A stretch of 57,977 bases of DNA, from positions 1 through 57,977 of IMG/VR virus record IMGVR_UViG_3300042527_000500; one strand, given 5' to 3'. The notes under the pieces were generated by a model. It was not told the DNA's origin and made no database searches. It saw only the letters and a list, made by a program, of their open reading frames with translations. The position numbers and the translations under genes were made by a program. The DNA comes from a virus (Duplodnaviria; Caudoviricetes). How positions within the stretch are numbered: position 1 is the stretch's first letter; every line of letters begins with the position of its first letter. Positions 44,296-51,782 of this stretch are shown here, one piece after another.

Positions 44296-44375
44296 CTAAG
44301 TCTAGTGGCCACAAGAGTTTGCGACAAAGTTTCGCGGCCCCGTTCGTCGTAAAGTCTTACGCATCAACGGTTTAG
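44296..44375. repeat. 80-bp four-box dyad element, copy 1
   Basis: CTAAGTCTAG-N7-AAGAGTTTGCGACAAA..TTCGTCGTAAAGTCTT-N7-AACGGTTTAG. Confidence 0.85.
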
Positions 44376-44382
44376 AATGAGC

Positions 44383-44432
44383 GGCGAAAAGCCGCCGTAG
44401 GTTATTCCCTCGTTCCCTACGACGGCTCTCGC
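44383..44432 (-). terminator. intrinsic terminator after the DUF932 gene
   Basis: AGCCGTCGTAGG/CCTACGGCGGCT-TTT. Confidence 0.65.
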
Positions 44433-44455
44433 CCACCCACCACCACGAAGGTATG

Positions 44456-45403
44456 TCAGACGGCGTTAGCGAACTCCAACGCACGATTGAGAGCCTTGAT
44501 ATTGTCGTTACCGTTAGCACCGAACCAGAGACTGTCGAGCCGATTATCGTCGGTGCGACCCTTGGCATAGTTCAGGTATTCATTGAAGCCGTTGTAAGCA
44601 GCCCACCAAGTACCACGAACATTCGTGGCCGATTGCTTCGGGCCTTCGATACGGGCCAGAATATCGTCCATGATATTACGGGTGCGAGTCTTGATGTCAC
44701 CATCGACCGTACCCTCAATACCAAGCATAGTCTTGACATATCGACGAACATCGTTCTGATTGAAATCCTTACTAGCAAGGAATCGGAACTGTTCAGCAGT
44801 AGCCTCAAACTGGACGTTGATATTATCCATAATATCGCGGACATTATCCAGATTAGTCTTGCTGGAACGAGTGTGACGAATACGAATAAGTTTACTATCC
44901 GAATGACCGTGAGCCATAGCCAGCGTGTTGACGCAGACCACTCGAATGGGGGTGTAGCCCACGCGAATAGCCGTCGTTCCATCGTGACTATTACTCAGGA
45001 GAATAAACTTGGACACTTCGTCACCGCGAACAATCTCGCTATTGTCACGGTTGAGTTGAGCCAGTACCCAGACCTTCTGGCCGCTATGGAGCGAACCGGC
45101 GGTATGGATATTGCACTCGCCAGCGTCGAGAAACGGCTGGAACCAATCAAACGCATCCCGATTCTGAAGCGGGGTATAACGCGGCCCGACTACGCCAAGG
45201 ATGCTGCCGTCAGTCTTGCGATACGTCGCACGATGGGACACGGGAACACCGTCAACGGTCTGCAAATCCTTCAAGCCAACTTCCCAATCCAGACCAGCGG
45301 ACACGATAGCATCTTCGACGCCAATATCGGCTTCGACCTGATTGCCCAGACCGTGCCAAGGGGTAGCACCAACGAACATCATGTTTTCAACAGCAGCAGG
45401 CAT
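44456..45403 (-). CDS. DUF932 family phage/plasmid protein
   Basis: TPWHGLG, AGLDWEV, LGVVGPRYTPLQN, LSNSHDGT, TPIRVVCVNTL, GTWWAAYNGFNEY. Confidence 0.9.
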   Translation of the reverse strand: MPAAVENMMFVGATPWHGLGNQVEADIGVEDAIVSAGLDWEVGLKDLQTVDGVPVSHRATYRKTDGSILGVVGPRYTPLQNRDAFDWFQPFLDAGECNIHTAGSLHSGQKVWVLAQLNRDNSEIVRGDEVSKFILLSNSHDGTTAIRVGYTPIRVVCVNTLAMAHGHSDSKLIRIRHTRSSKTNLDNVRDIMDNINVQFEATAEQFRFLASKDFNQNDVRRYVKTMLGIEGTVDGDIKTRTRNIMDDILARIEGPKQSATNVRGTWWAAYNGFNEYLNYAKGRTDDNRLDSLWFGANGNDNIKALNRALEFANAV

Positions 45404-45445
45404 TTGTAATCTCCTCAGTGGTAGGTTTCTAACTTCGATACGCTG

Positions 45446-45473
45446 ATTCTACACTAGATATCGGCACTGTCAA
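45446..45473 (-). promoter_or_regulatory. nested promoter
   Basis: TTGACA-16-TAGAAT; GCCGATAT. Confidence 0.8.
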
Positions 45474-45502
45474 CCGCCAAACTTGCGAAAAAAAATAATC
45501 GT

Positions 45503-45583
45503 CACAAGTCCTTACGCCACAAGACTTTATGGCAGCGGCGGGCGCCGGGATTCGTTCTAAACTCTTGGCGGACAAGGGTTTAG
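45503..45583. repeat. 80-bp dyad element, copy 2
   Basis: CAAGTCCTT-N7-AAGACTTTA..CTAAACTCTT-N7-AAGGGTTTAG; overlaps the PRTase stop. Confidence 0.85.
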
Positions 45584-46057
45584 GAACGGGAATCCAAAAT
45601 CACGCTCAAACAGTTTAGAAGTTTCTGTGTTGTATGCACATTCTTCGGGCAAATACATATAAGCACCAACACACCTTGCTCTTGGGTATTCGTCTTTAAT
45701 CACATTCTTAATATGCTTTATCGTGGTTCCAGAGCAAACAAGATCATCAACAACCACATACCTAAAAGGAGAAGCCCCCTCAGTTCTAAACTCACTGTAT
45801 CGTTTTTCATCTTTCCTTACAATGATAATGTTTTTGTTTAGCAACTCTGCAATCTGGCCTACAACCATTAATCCGCTTACGCCACAGCAGGCAATACTAT
45901 CAAACTGATCCGCTATCTTTCGCAGATCACAAACAGTTTTGATTACAATCTTTGTACGAATCTTATGATTCAGAACATGGCAAGTGTGGCTAGCACCTTG
46001 AATAATGCCGTGTTCAGTTTTTCTAACATCTTCAATAGGAGTATTCATAACATTCAT
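45557..46057 (-). CDS. type I phosphoribosyltransferase
   Basis: YVVVDDLVCSGTT PRPP loop; IIIVRK. Confidence 0.85.
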   Translation of the reverse strand: MNVMNTPIEDVRKTEHGIIQGASHTCHVLNHKIRTKIVIKTVCDLRKIADQFDSIACCGVSGLMVVGQIAELLNKNIIIVRKDEKRYSEFRTEGASPFRYVVVDDLVCSGTTIKHIKNVIKDEYPRARCVGAYMYLPEECAYNTETSKLFERDFGFPFLNPCPPRV

Positions 46058-46060
46058 AAA

Positions 46061-46146
46061 AACGGACGGTACGATTTGAACGTACTAAGAAGAGAAAGAA
46101 AGGATAATCCTTATAAAAGATACTTGTCCCACCAAGTTGCGTCCGT
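46061..46146 (-). ncRNA. tRNA-like RNA with pyrimidine-rich variable region
   Basis: ACGGACG/CGTCCGT acceptor, ACTTG/CAAGT arm, TT-TAT-AA loop, GTACG-TTCAAAT-CGTAC T-arm. Confidence 0.55.
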
Positions 46147-46156
46147 TAGGAGAGAA

Positions 46157-46318
46157 TCACTCATCGATAAGTTCTTCAGTTAGATTATGATAATCGTATT
46201 CCCAAGAAGAAACATAGGTATCTTCTTCAGAATCTTCCTCAAAAATCATGTCATCATCATACAACTCATCAATATCATCGCCGTTGTAGAAATAATCACG
46301 ATCATCATAGTATGGCAT
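46157..46318 (-). CDS. 53-aa hyper-acidic protein
   Basis: MPYYDDRDYFYNGDDIDELYDDDMIFEEDSEEDTYVSSWEYDYHNLTEELIDE; AAGGAG SD; promoter 46340-46368. Confidence 0.7.
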   Translation of the reverse strand: MPYYDDRDYFYNGDDIDELYDDDMIFEEDSEEDTYVSSWEYDYHNLTEELIDE

Positions 46319-46369
46319 AGTCTCTTCTCCTTTGACTCTATTCTACACCAAACAATCAAACTTGTCAAG

Positions 46370-46442
46370 TGGGGCCTGTGGGACTCGAACCCACGACCAA
46401 AGGTTTAAAAGACCCTTGCTCTACCAACTGAGCTAAAGCCCC
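46370..46442 (-). tRNA. tRNA-Lys(TTT)
   Basis: Canonical cloverleaf, CT-TTT-AA loop. Confidence 0.93.
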
Positions 46443-46451
46443 ATTAGCGAC

Positions 46452-46480
46452 ATTATATCTTATCGGTTGTTCGTTGTCAA
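46452..46480 (-). promoter_or_regulatory. nested promoter
   Basis: TTGACA-17-TATAAT; CTAA-17-ACCGATAA. Confidence 0.8.
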
Positions 46481-46494
46481 GACCTTAGTTTTTC

Positions 46495-46532
46495 GCTGAC
46501 TACTGCCATCCTCGCCAAATCGGTAGGATTAG
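46495..46532. repeat. family-B element, copy 2
   Basis: GCTGACTAC-N12-CAAATCGGTAGGATTAG. Confidence 0.8.
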
Positions 46533-46604
46533 GTAATCCACGGGTGTTTTTGTTTGGGCAGAACACCATAAACTGCCAGACCGTCAGCCTCCGAGACTTC
46601 AAAG

Positions 46605-46678
46605 TAGGGCGTGAAGGAGTCGAACCTTCCTTTTGAATACCTTATAAGAGTATTTGCCACTACCGGCGGCAACGCCCC
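46605..46678 (-). tRNA. tRNA-Ile(TAT), atypical D-arm
   Basis: GGGGCGT/ACGCCCT-A; AATACT-CT-TAT-AA-GGTATT; GAAGG-TTCGACT-CCTTC. Confidence 0.75.
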
Positions 46679-46689
46679 ATAGTCAAGCC

Positions 46690-46718
46690 ATTCTATACTA
46701 GATATCGGCACTTGTCAA
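46690..46718 (-). promoter_or_regulatory. nested promoter
   Basis: TTGACA-17-TAGAAT; TCAA-17-GCCGATAT. Confidence 0.8.
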
Positions 46719-46737
46719 TACGATTCTTGAACTTTTC

Positions 46738-46816
46738 CTAAGTCCTTATCGACAAAGAGTTTACGACAAAAACGGCCGCGGGTATTTGACGTAAAGTGTT
46801 ATCTACCAACGACTTA
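46738..46816. repeat. 80-bp dyad element, copy 3
   Basis: CTAAGTCCTT-N7-AAGAGTTTACGACAAA..TTTGACGTAAAGTGTT-N7-AACGACTTA. Confidence 0.9.
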
Positions 46817-46818
46817 AA

Positions 46819-46903
46819 CGGAATCTACAGGATTCGAACCTGTGGAAGATTTCTCTTCGGCGGTTTAGTAAACCGCTGCCTTAAACCACTCGGCCAAGAT
46901 TCC
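46819..46903 (-). tRNA. tRNA-Ser(ACT)
   Basis: Long variable arm, G73, GCGGT-TT-ACT-AA-ACCGC. Confidence 0.85.
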
Positions 46904-46907
46904 TAAA

Positions 46908-46979
46908 CTCTGTGAGTAGGACTCGAACCTACAACCGGGCGGTTAACAGCCGCCAGCTCTACCATTGAGCTATCACAGA
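46908..46979 (-). tRNA. tRNA-Asn(GTT)
   Basis: Canonical cloverleaf. Confidence 0.93.
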
Positions 46980-46983
46980 ATAG

Positions 46984-47054
46984 TTCCGGGGCTAGGATTC
47001 GAACCCAGACAAAGAGAACCAAAATCTCTAGTGCTACCGTTACACTACCCCGGA
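46984..47054 (-). tRNA. tRNA-Gln(TTG)
   Basis: Canonical cloverleaf. Confidence 0.92.
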
Positions 47055-47060
47055 ATATAA

Positions 47061-47132
47061 AGCCGAAAGAGGGAATCGAACCCCCGACAGGTTGTTTACA
47101 AAACAACTACTCTACCACTGAGTTACTTCGGC
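47061..47132 (-). tRNA. tRNA-Thr(TGT)
   Basis: Canonical cloverleaf. Confidence 0.92.
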
Positions 47133-47148
47133 AATACCACTATTATAT

Positions 47149-47349
47149 TCAATAGTCATAATCCTCGCAAGCCCTACGCTTTTGAGCAGAACGAGTACGT
47201 TGACGCTTGGGACGGTTATCGAACACGGTATCCCGATGTTCCTGATGACCCTGACGCATTTCCCAGGGCATAACCTTCTTGATTTTGATAATGTTGCGTC
47301 GAGGACGCATATCGTCGTTGTTGTGGAGGGTAATCATACCATTGACCAT
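47149..47349 (-). CDS. small basic hypothetical protein
   Basis: GHQEHRDTVFDNRPKRQRTRSAQKRRA. Confidence 0.5.
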   Translation of the reverse strand: MVNGMITLHNNDDMRPRRNIIKIKKVMPWEMRQGHQEHRDTVFDNRPKRQRTRSAQKRRACEDYDY

Positions 47350-47578
47350 TTTCGTGTTGATAAAAAACTTTGTTTACGTTAGGATCATACGCCATTAAAC
47401 AGTATTGTACCGGATAAACTACCTTTGTCAACTCTTTTTGTTGAGCCAACTCTGGGATTTTTATATTCCCACTTTGATAATCTTTTACACCATTATAGGC
47501 CAACCCTAACAGTGCTATGATTACTCCTACCCATTGTAGCATATTTCCATTCCTTGTCAAGACCCGTTTCTCATCCAT
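47216..47578 (-). CDS. membrane-anchored hypothetical protein
   Basis: N-terminal TM segment; overlaps the previous ORF by 134 nt. Confidence 0.5.
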   Translation of the reverse strand: MDEKRVLTRNGNMLQWVGVIIALLGLAYNGVKDYQSGNIKIPELAQQKELTKVVYPVQYCLMAYDPNVNKVFYQHENGQWYDYPPQQRRYASSTQHYQNQEGYALGNASGSSGTSGYRVR

Positions 47579-47585
47579 AGAGTAT

Positions 47586-47614
47586 TTATCGGCAAAACGA
47601 TAGATCGGACTTGA
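47586..47614 (-). promoter_or_regulatory. stand-alone sigma28-like promoter
   Basis: TCAA-17-GCCGATAA with no nested TTGACA. Confidence 0.65.
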
Positions 47615-47621
47615 GAAAATC

Positions 47622-47701
47622 CTAAGTCCTTATAGATGAAGACTTTAGAGTAAATCTGGCCGCGGCCATTCGACGTAAAGTCTTATACCTCAATACTTTA
47701 C
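47622..47701. repeat. 80-bp dyad element, copy 4
   Basis: CTAAGTCCTT-N7-AAGACTTTAG..GGCCGCGGCC..GTAAAGTCTT-N7-AATACTTTAC. Confidence 0.9.
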
Positions 47702-47704
47702 AAA

Positions 47705-47776
47705 TAGCCCCAAGAGGAATCGAACCTCTATTAGATGCTTAGAAGGCAACTGTTCTATCCATTGAACTATGGGGCC
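47705..47776 (-). tRNA. tRNA-Arg(TCT)
   Basis: CT-TCT-AA loop, canonical T-arm. Confidence 0.9.
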
Positions 47777-47813
47777 GTGTTTCTATTATAGCATACCGAT
47801 TCAACGCCGCAAG

Positions 47814-48044
47814 CCCGCATGGCGTCCCATGCAGGCTATACGGTTTGATAGTTGGTTCGTATACTATCGGTAAGTTATATATTATAGTAGCCGAACCTAT
47901 TCCCGGAAGCCACTCCGGTTATCTAGTCTGGCTTGACCGCTACTATGTTGCACCCAAGGTCTGCAACGAACCCATTACGCGGGACGAATCCCGCCGCACT
48001 ATGCCTAAAATCTATTTATACTGGCATAGTCCAGTTGGTCAAGG
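47814..48044 (-). ncRNA. multi-hairpin structured RNA candidate
   Basis: About seven stems, including GCGGGA-TTCG-TCCCGC and a possible H-type pseudoknot. Confidence 0.55.
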
Positions 48045-48296
48045 TCAAGCCTCGACCGTTTCCTTCTTGGTCTTAGGGTTGGCCGCGTCACCCGCAGCCT
48101 CGGCAGTCACGCCAGTAACCCTGGCTCGCCACACCTTGTAACCCTGCTCCGAAAAACTCTTGACTTCGCCAGCCTTGACCGACGCATGAACGTCGCCCGG
48201 CAGACAACCCTCAAGACACTCACGAATGGACTCGGCAACCGCATCACGATCAAGTTCCGTAGCCACAACATCGACACTGAAAGCAAACTTCTGCAT
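48045..48296 (-). CDS. hypothetical protein
   Basis: Start MQKFAF after GGAGG; promoters at 48338-48366 and 48426-48453. Confidence 0.7.
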   Translation of the reverse strand: MQKFAFSVDVVATELDRDAVAESIRECLEGCLPGDVHASVKAGEVKSFSEQGYKVWRARVTGVTAEAAGDAANPKTKKETVEA

Positions 48297-48425
48297 GATA
48301 AAAACCTCCAAAGTAGTAAGTGAAACCAACTAAAACCATTATACCAACCAGTCATCACAGTGTCAAGTGCTAGGTCGAACTTTTTTGTGTTGCGATCAAC
48401 CAGCGTCTTGTCGTGTGATGCTGTC

Positions 48426-48453
48426 AGTATACCACTGTTATCGGCATTGTCAA
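48426..48453 (-). promoter_or_regulatory. nested promoter
   Basis: TTGACA-16-TATACT; GCCGATAA. Confidence 0.8.
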
Positions 48454-48485
48454 CCACGCTCCATGAATGTTTCTCACGATTTTCT

Positions 48486-48565
48486 CTAAGTCGTTGCGTA
48501 TCAAGAGTTTACGTCAAACCCGGGCGGCCCGCCTTGATGCAAAGTCTTATGCACCAAGGACTTAT
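48486..48565. repeat. 80-bp dyad element, copy 5
   Basis: Contains TATCAAGAGTTTA, a perfect WATCAANNNNTTR match. Confidence 0.9.
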
Positions 48566-48571
48566 GGTTAT

Positions 48572-49047
48572 TCAGTCATCATCTCGTGAAAGTTCCCACC
48601 CGGCTCCTCTTACGATACTTTTTGTAGCGATTACGTTAGTCTTCGGATCTGCACTAACATAGTCTCGATACCCTCTTTCATCAACATAAAAGTGTTCGTC
48701 GATAGTATCAAACTTATTTGTCAGTAACAAACCACTAATAGCAGCCTCAAAAGCATTTTTCTTAGAAACAATAACTTCTAGTGTGCCGCTCTTTACATAG
48801 TATTTACCCATTGTCAACTCCCTAAAGAAATAACTACGGTATTATCGTACTTAGCAAAATCTAACTCAACACCAAAATCATTATCGTCAAGAATAGATTG
48901 TAATGTTTCTTGGCTAATCAGGGTGTCAGTATTCGTACCAAAACTAACATCACTATTGCTAATAGCATCTATCACACTACCATAGTCTAACTTATTATAG
49001 TCGCAAACTTCTCGTAGGTCGAGATATGTCCAAGCATAACTTTTCAT
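48572..49047 (-). other. two small hypothetical CDS (48572-48811, 48814-49047)
   Basis: ORF track; GGAG SD motifs. Confidence 0.6.
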
Positions 49048-49204
49048 TATTCTATCTCCACAAGTTCGCCATTATCATTCTCAACTAGATTAGTATAAAT
49101 CACAATCTGTCCATCATCGTCTGTTTCAATCTCTACCCATGTAGGCATAAAGTTATTTATACTAATACGCAAATCTTCTAGTGTCATATTTTCCATTGTT
49201 ATCC

Positions 49205-49909
49205 TCAGTGTGATGGAAACAAAACGTTAGCCAAACCCTTGACGCACAGTTCGCATGATACACTACCCTTGGTCGGTGTGCAAGTGACAACGCCACGACC
49301 ACGACGGATTTCGGGGCAAGTGACAAACTTTGTCCCGTTCAGCACGACGAGTTTCGGCAGAGATTTACGCCAAGCCTCGGCCTTAGCCTTGCTACGCGGA
49401 CGCTTCGGGGCAATCTTCTCGTCGCTATCACACCATGCGAACAACTTGAAACCCTGTGCCAGTGCTTCTCCCATATCGTTATCATCGTGAACGCTGGCGT
49501 ATACATTCATATACTTTTCCAGACTCACAAGTCTATTATCATAAATATGGGTATAAAACCACATATCGGGCAGAGTCTTACCTTCGGCAAGAATACTCTC
49601 ACAAGCCCACGTTACATTAGCAAGATAGTCAAGGTCGAGACTACCATTGAGAAACCAATCGCCACGCTCATGCCAACGAATACTTTTCTTGCGACGGTCG
49701 GCATCAAGAATCATAGCCCTAATGCGATTCTTCTCAGTCACAAGATTCTGCATACCGGCCGGACGAACGCCAGGATACATTTTTTCGCTTTGCTCGGCAT
49801 AGCAGCCATTATCCAAATAGTCGCAATCGGGAGGACAAGTATCTCCAACCGGACGCGAAACAACAACGCAACCCTTGCCCAACTTTTCGTTACCGTCAGC
49901 CACTTTCAT
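49205..49909 (-). CDS. Gp88-like Cys-rich phage protein
   Basis: TCPPDC..GCYA, IRWHERGDW, FYTH, TCPE..CELC. Confidence 0.65.
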   Translation of the reverse strand: MKVADGNEKLGKGCVVVSRPVGDTCPPDCDYLDNGCYAEQSEKMYPGVRPAGMQNLVTEKNRIRAMILDADRRKKSIRWHERGDWFLNGSLDLDYLANVTWACESILAEGKTLPDMWFYTHIYDNRLVSLEKYMNVYASVHDDNDMGEALAQGFKLFAWCDSDEKIAPKRPRSKAKAEAWRKSLPKLVVLNGTKFVTCPEIRRGRGVVTCTPTKGSVSCELCVKGLANVLFPSH

Positions 49910-49933
49910 GGTTTCTTCTCCGTGTGTGCTGCT

Positions 49934-49962
49934 ATTCTACACTCATTATCGGCCAGCGTCAA
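49934..49962 (-). promoter_or_regulatory. nested promoter
   Basis: TTGACG-17-TAGAAT; CAAAGTTT..GCCGATAA. Confidence 0.8.
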
Positions 49963-49991
49963 GCAGAAACTTTGAGAAAAATCTTTTTGAT

Positions 49992-50071
49992 GCAAGTCCT
50001 TATGGATAAAGAGTTTACGTCAAATCGGGCCGCGGTGCCTTGCCGTAAAGTCTTACGGTTCAAGGCTTTGC
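49992..50071. repeat. 80-bp dyad element, copy 6
   Basis: GCAAGTCCTT-N7-AAGAGTTTACGTCAAA..GTAAAGTCTT-N7-AAGGCTTTGC; 1 nt from the upstream stop. Confidence 0.9.
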
Positions 50072-50072
50072 G

Positions 50073-50450
50073 TCATGAGAGATGTCCCTCACAACCCAAC
50101 GCTACCAGATCACGCAGCAGATTTTGAGCCGCTTCCGGCGTTTTGAGAGTGATGCTCTGCTTGGTTCCAGCCGGAGCCGGATGCCACTTGTCGTACTTCC
50201 AACCCCCAACTATGCCATCGCTCCAATCTTTGGCTTCCTTCAGCCCCCATCCGGTGTGGAGTCGAATAGCCTTGATGCAAGAAATACGATTATCCGTATT
50301 CATTCCACCAGTGATGGTCACGGTGCGATTCTGGTTCACACCCAATGCCACTTCAAAAGCGGTTACAATCTTATCGTACATATCTCCGCTCAGGCTGCTA
50401 TCGGTAGCAAGCGTCAGAGCCTCACGAACAGTCAGTTGCAGATTAATCAT
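50073..50450 (-). CDS. ribosomal protein bL12 (L7/L12) C-terminal-domain-like protein
   Basis: RISCIKAIRLHTGWGLKEAKD..TPEAAQNLLRDLVALG. Confidence 0.7.
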   Translation of the reverse strand: MINLQLTVREALTLATDSSLSGDMYDKIVTAFEVALGVNQNRTVTITGGMNTDNRISCIKAIRLHTGWGLKEAKDWSDGIVGGWKYDKWHPAPAGTKQSITLKTPEAAQNLLRDLVALGCEGHLS

Positions 50451-50941
50451 ATTCCAAAACTTTCTGTATACTTAGGGGTTATTTCGTGGATGCCGTCAAA
50501 ACTACCGTTACGCTCTTCTAGAATATAAACTTGCTTACCGTCAGTAATCAAGGTGTCATATTCTGTGCCATCCCAAATGAACTCACTATTGTCGCTTTCT
50601 CGTCGCCAGTGTGGGTCACGGATTGGATTATAAAACAACTTTTCGAGATTGTCAATAGGTAGAGATGGATAAAAATCCTTCCTCAGCATAACTTCTTCAC
50701 ATCGCACCCACCCACTAACATCATGCACACCATTCTCAAATACTTGTTTAGCCTTATTCGGCCTATTCCACAATATACAGCCCCGCATTTCTAACTGATA
50801 TTTTTTGGGGTCAACATAGTATACATCAACTGTTTCTCCACCCTGTTTAACTTTTATTTGCCAGTGCATATAATGAGCCCCGTTGCTCAAATGAAATCGA
50901 ACTTCTCCATGTAGTTTATTCTGTTTCATTTTATTCTTCAA
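50447..50941 (-). CDS. hypothetical protein
   Basis: 164-aa ORF with FYNPIRDPHW. Confidence 0.6.
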   Translation of the reverse strand: MKNKMKQNKLHGEVRFHLSNGAHYMHWQIKVKQGGETVDVYYVDPKKYQLEMRGCILWNRPNKAKQVFENGVHDVSGWVRCEEVMLRKDFYPSLPIDNLEKLFYNPIRDPHWRRESDNSEFIWDGTEYDTLITDGKQVYILEERNGSFDGIHEITPKYTESFGI

Positions 50942-51098
50942 TAATAGTATAACCAGTAGCCACAGTGTCGGCGTCAGTACCCATATTTCCCATGCTTAAC
51001 TCGTCATTAAGCCAATCAATAAACTGGTCAGCATCAAAGATATTACTAGATTCAATCACAATATTAATCTTCATTTTTGTTCTCGTAAGTGTGCTATC

Positions 51099-51127
51099 AT
51101 TATACCTTATCGGCTAAACCTTGTCAA
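51099..51127 (-). promoter_or_regulatory. nested promoter
   Basis: TTGACA-17-TATAAT; TAAA-17-GCCGATAA. Confidence 0.8.
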
Positions 51128-51142
51128 GACCTTTAAACTTTC

Positions 51143-51180
51143 GCTGACTACAGCCACCCCAGCCAAATCCGTAGGATTAG
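51143..51180. repeat. family-B element, copy 3
   Basis: GCTGACTAC-N12-CAAATCCGTAGGATTAG. Confidence 0.8.
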
Positions 51181-51275
51181 GAAAGACAAGCGTTGGGTTG
51201 AGCCATACTCGACCGCCATTTAACCGTGGCTTCTTTGATATCATTCTGCCAACGGCCCACCCACTTGTTTCCCTA

Positions 51276-51304
51276 AGTATACTTCTATTATCGGTCAGTG
51301 TCAA
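51276..51304 (-). promoter_or_regulatory. nested promoter
   Basis: TTGACA-17-TATACT; TAAA-17-ACCGATAA. Confidence 0.8.
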
Positions 51305-51322
51305 GGGTTTTCTTTAAAAATC

Positions 51323-51402
51323 CTAAGTTGTTGTGCGGCAAGAGTTTACGCCAAAAGTGTGCGGCCAGCCAAGCCGCAAAGTGTTGTGCGGCAAGGCTTT
51401 GC
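51323..51402. repeat. 80-bp dyad element, copy 7
   Basis: CTAAGTTGTT-N7-AAGAGTTTAC..GCAAAGTGTT-N7-AAGGCTTTGC. Confidence 0.9.
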
Positions 51403-51403
51403 G

Positions 51404-51619
51404 TCAAACCACCAGATCGGCGGCCTTTTCGATCACCACTTGCTCCTTCAACGTTCCGATGTTGCGGATGGTCACCTTTCGCTGGTAGCCCTCAAACACG
51501 ATTGACCCATCGGTATCCAGCGTTACATGGGCGACTCCGCTGTGGTTGCGGTGAAAGAAGTAGGTAGTCTCTCCCGGCTCGTTGAAGTCGCTCTCGATCC
51601 ACTGCTTGCTTGTTGCCAT
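51404..51619 (-). CDS. hypothetical protein
   Basis: Start MATSKQ after GGGAG. Confidence 0.6.
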   Translation of the reverse strand: MATSKQWIESDFNEPGETTYFFHRNHSGVAHVTLDTDGSIVFEGYQRKVTIRNIGTLKEQVVIEKAADLVV

Positions 51620-51782
51620 CTGTTTTCTCCCTATGCCACTTGGTAAGTTCGCCCGTTGATGGTAATCGTACCACCAAACATATCCCACGTCAACTCTTCC
51701 TTTAGAGCCTTTTTGTGAGCCGCTAGCAGAGCCTTATAGTCCTGCTTGAGTTGCTTTTCGGTCGCATTTGTCCAGATGATTT

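Noticed and set aside
44453-45409. 318-aa plus-strand ORF
   Set aside because: Antisense shadow of the DUF932 gene; no motifs or SD. Other plus-strand ORFs over rIIA, the ligase and the glycosylase (for example 10553-11344) are rejected for the same reason.
46529-47106. ORFs 46529-46711 and 46903-47106
   Set aside because: They run through tRNA genes and promoter sequence.
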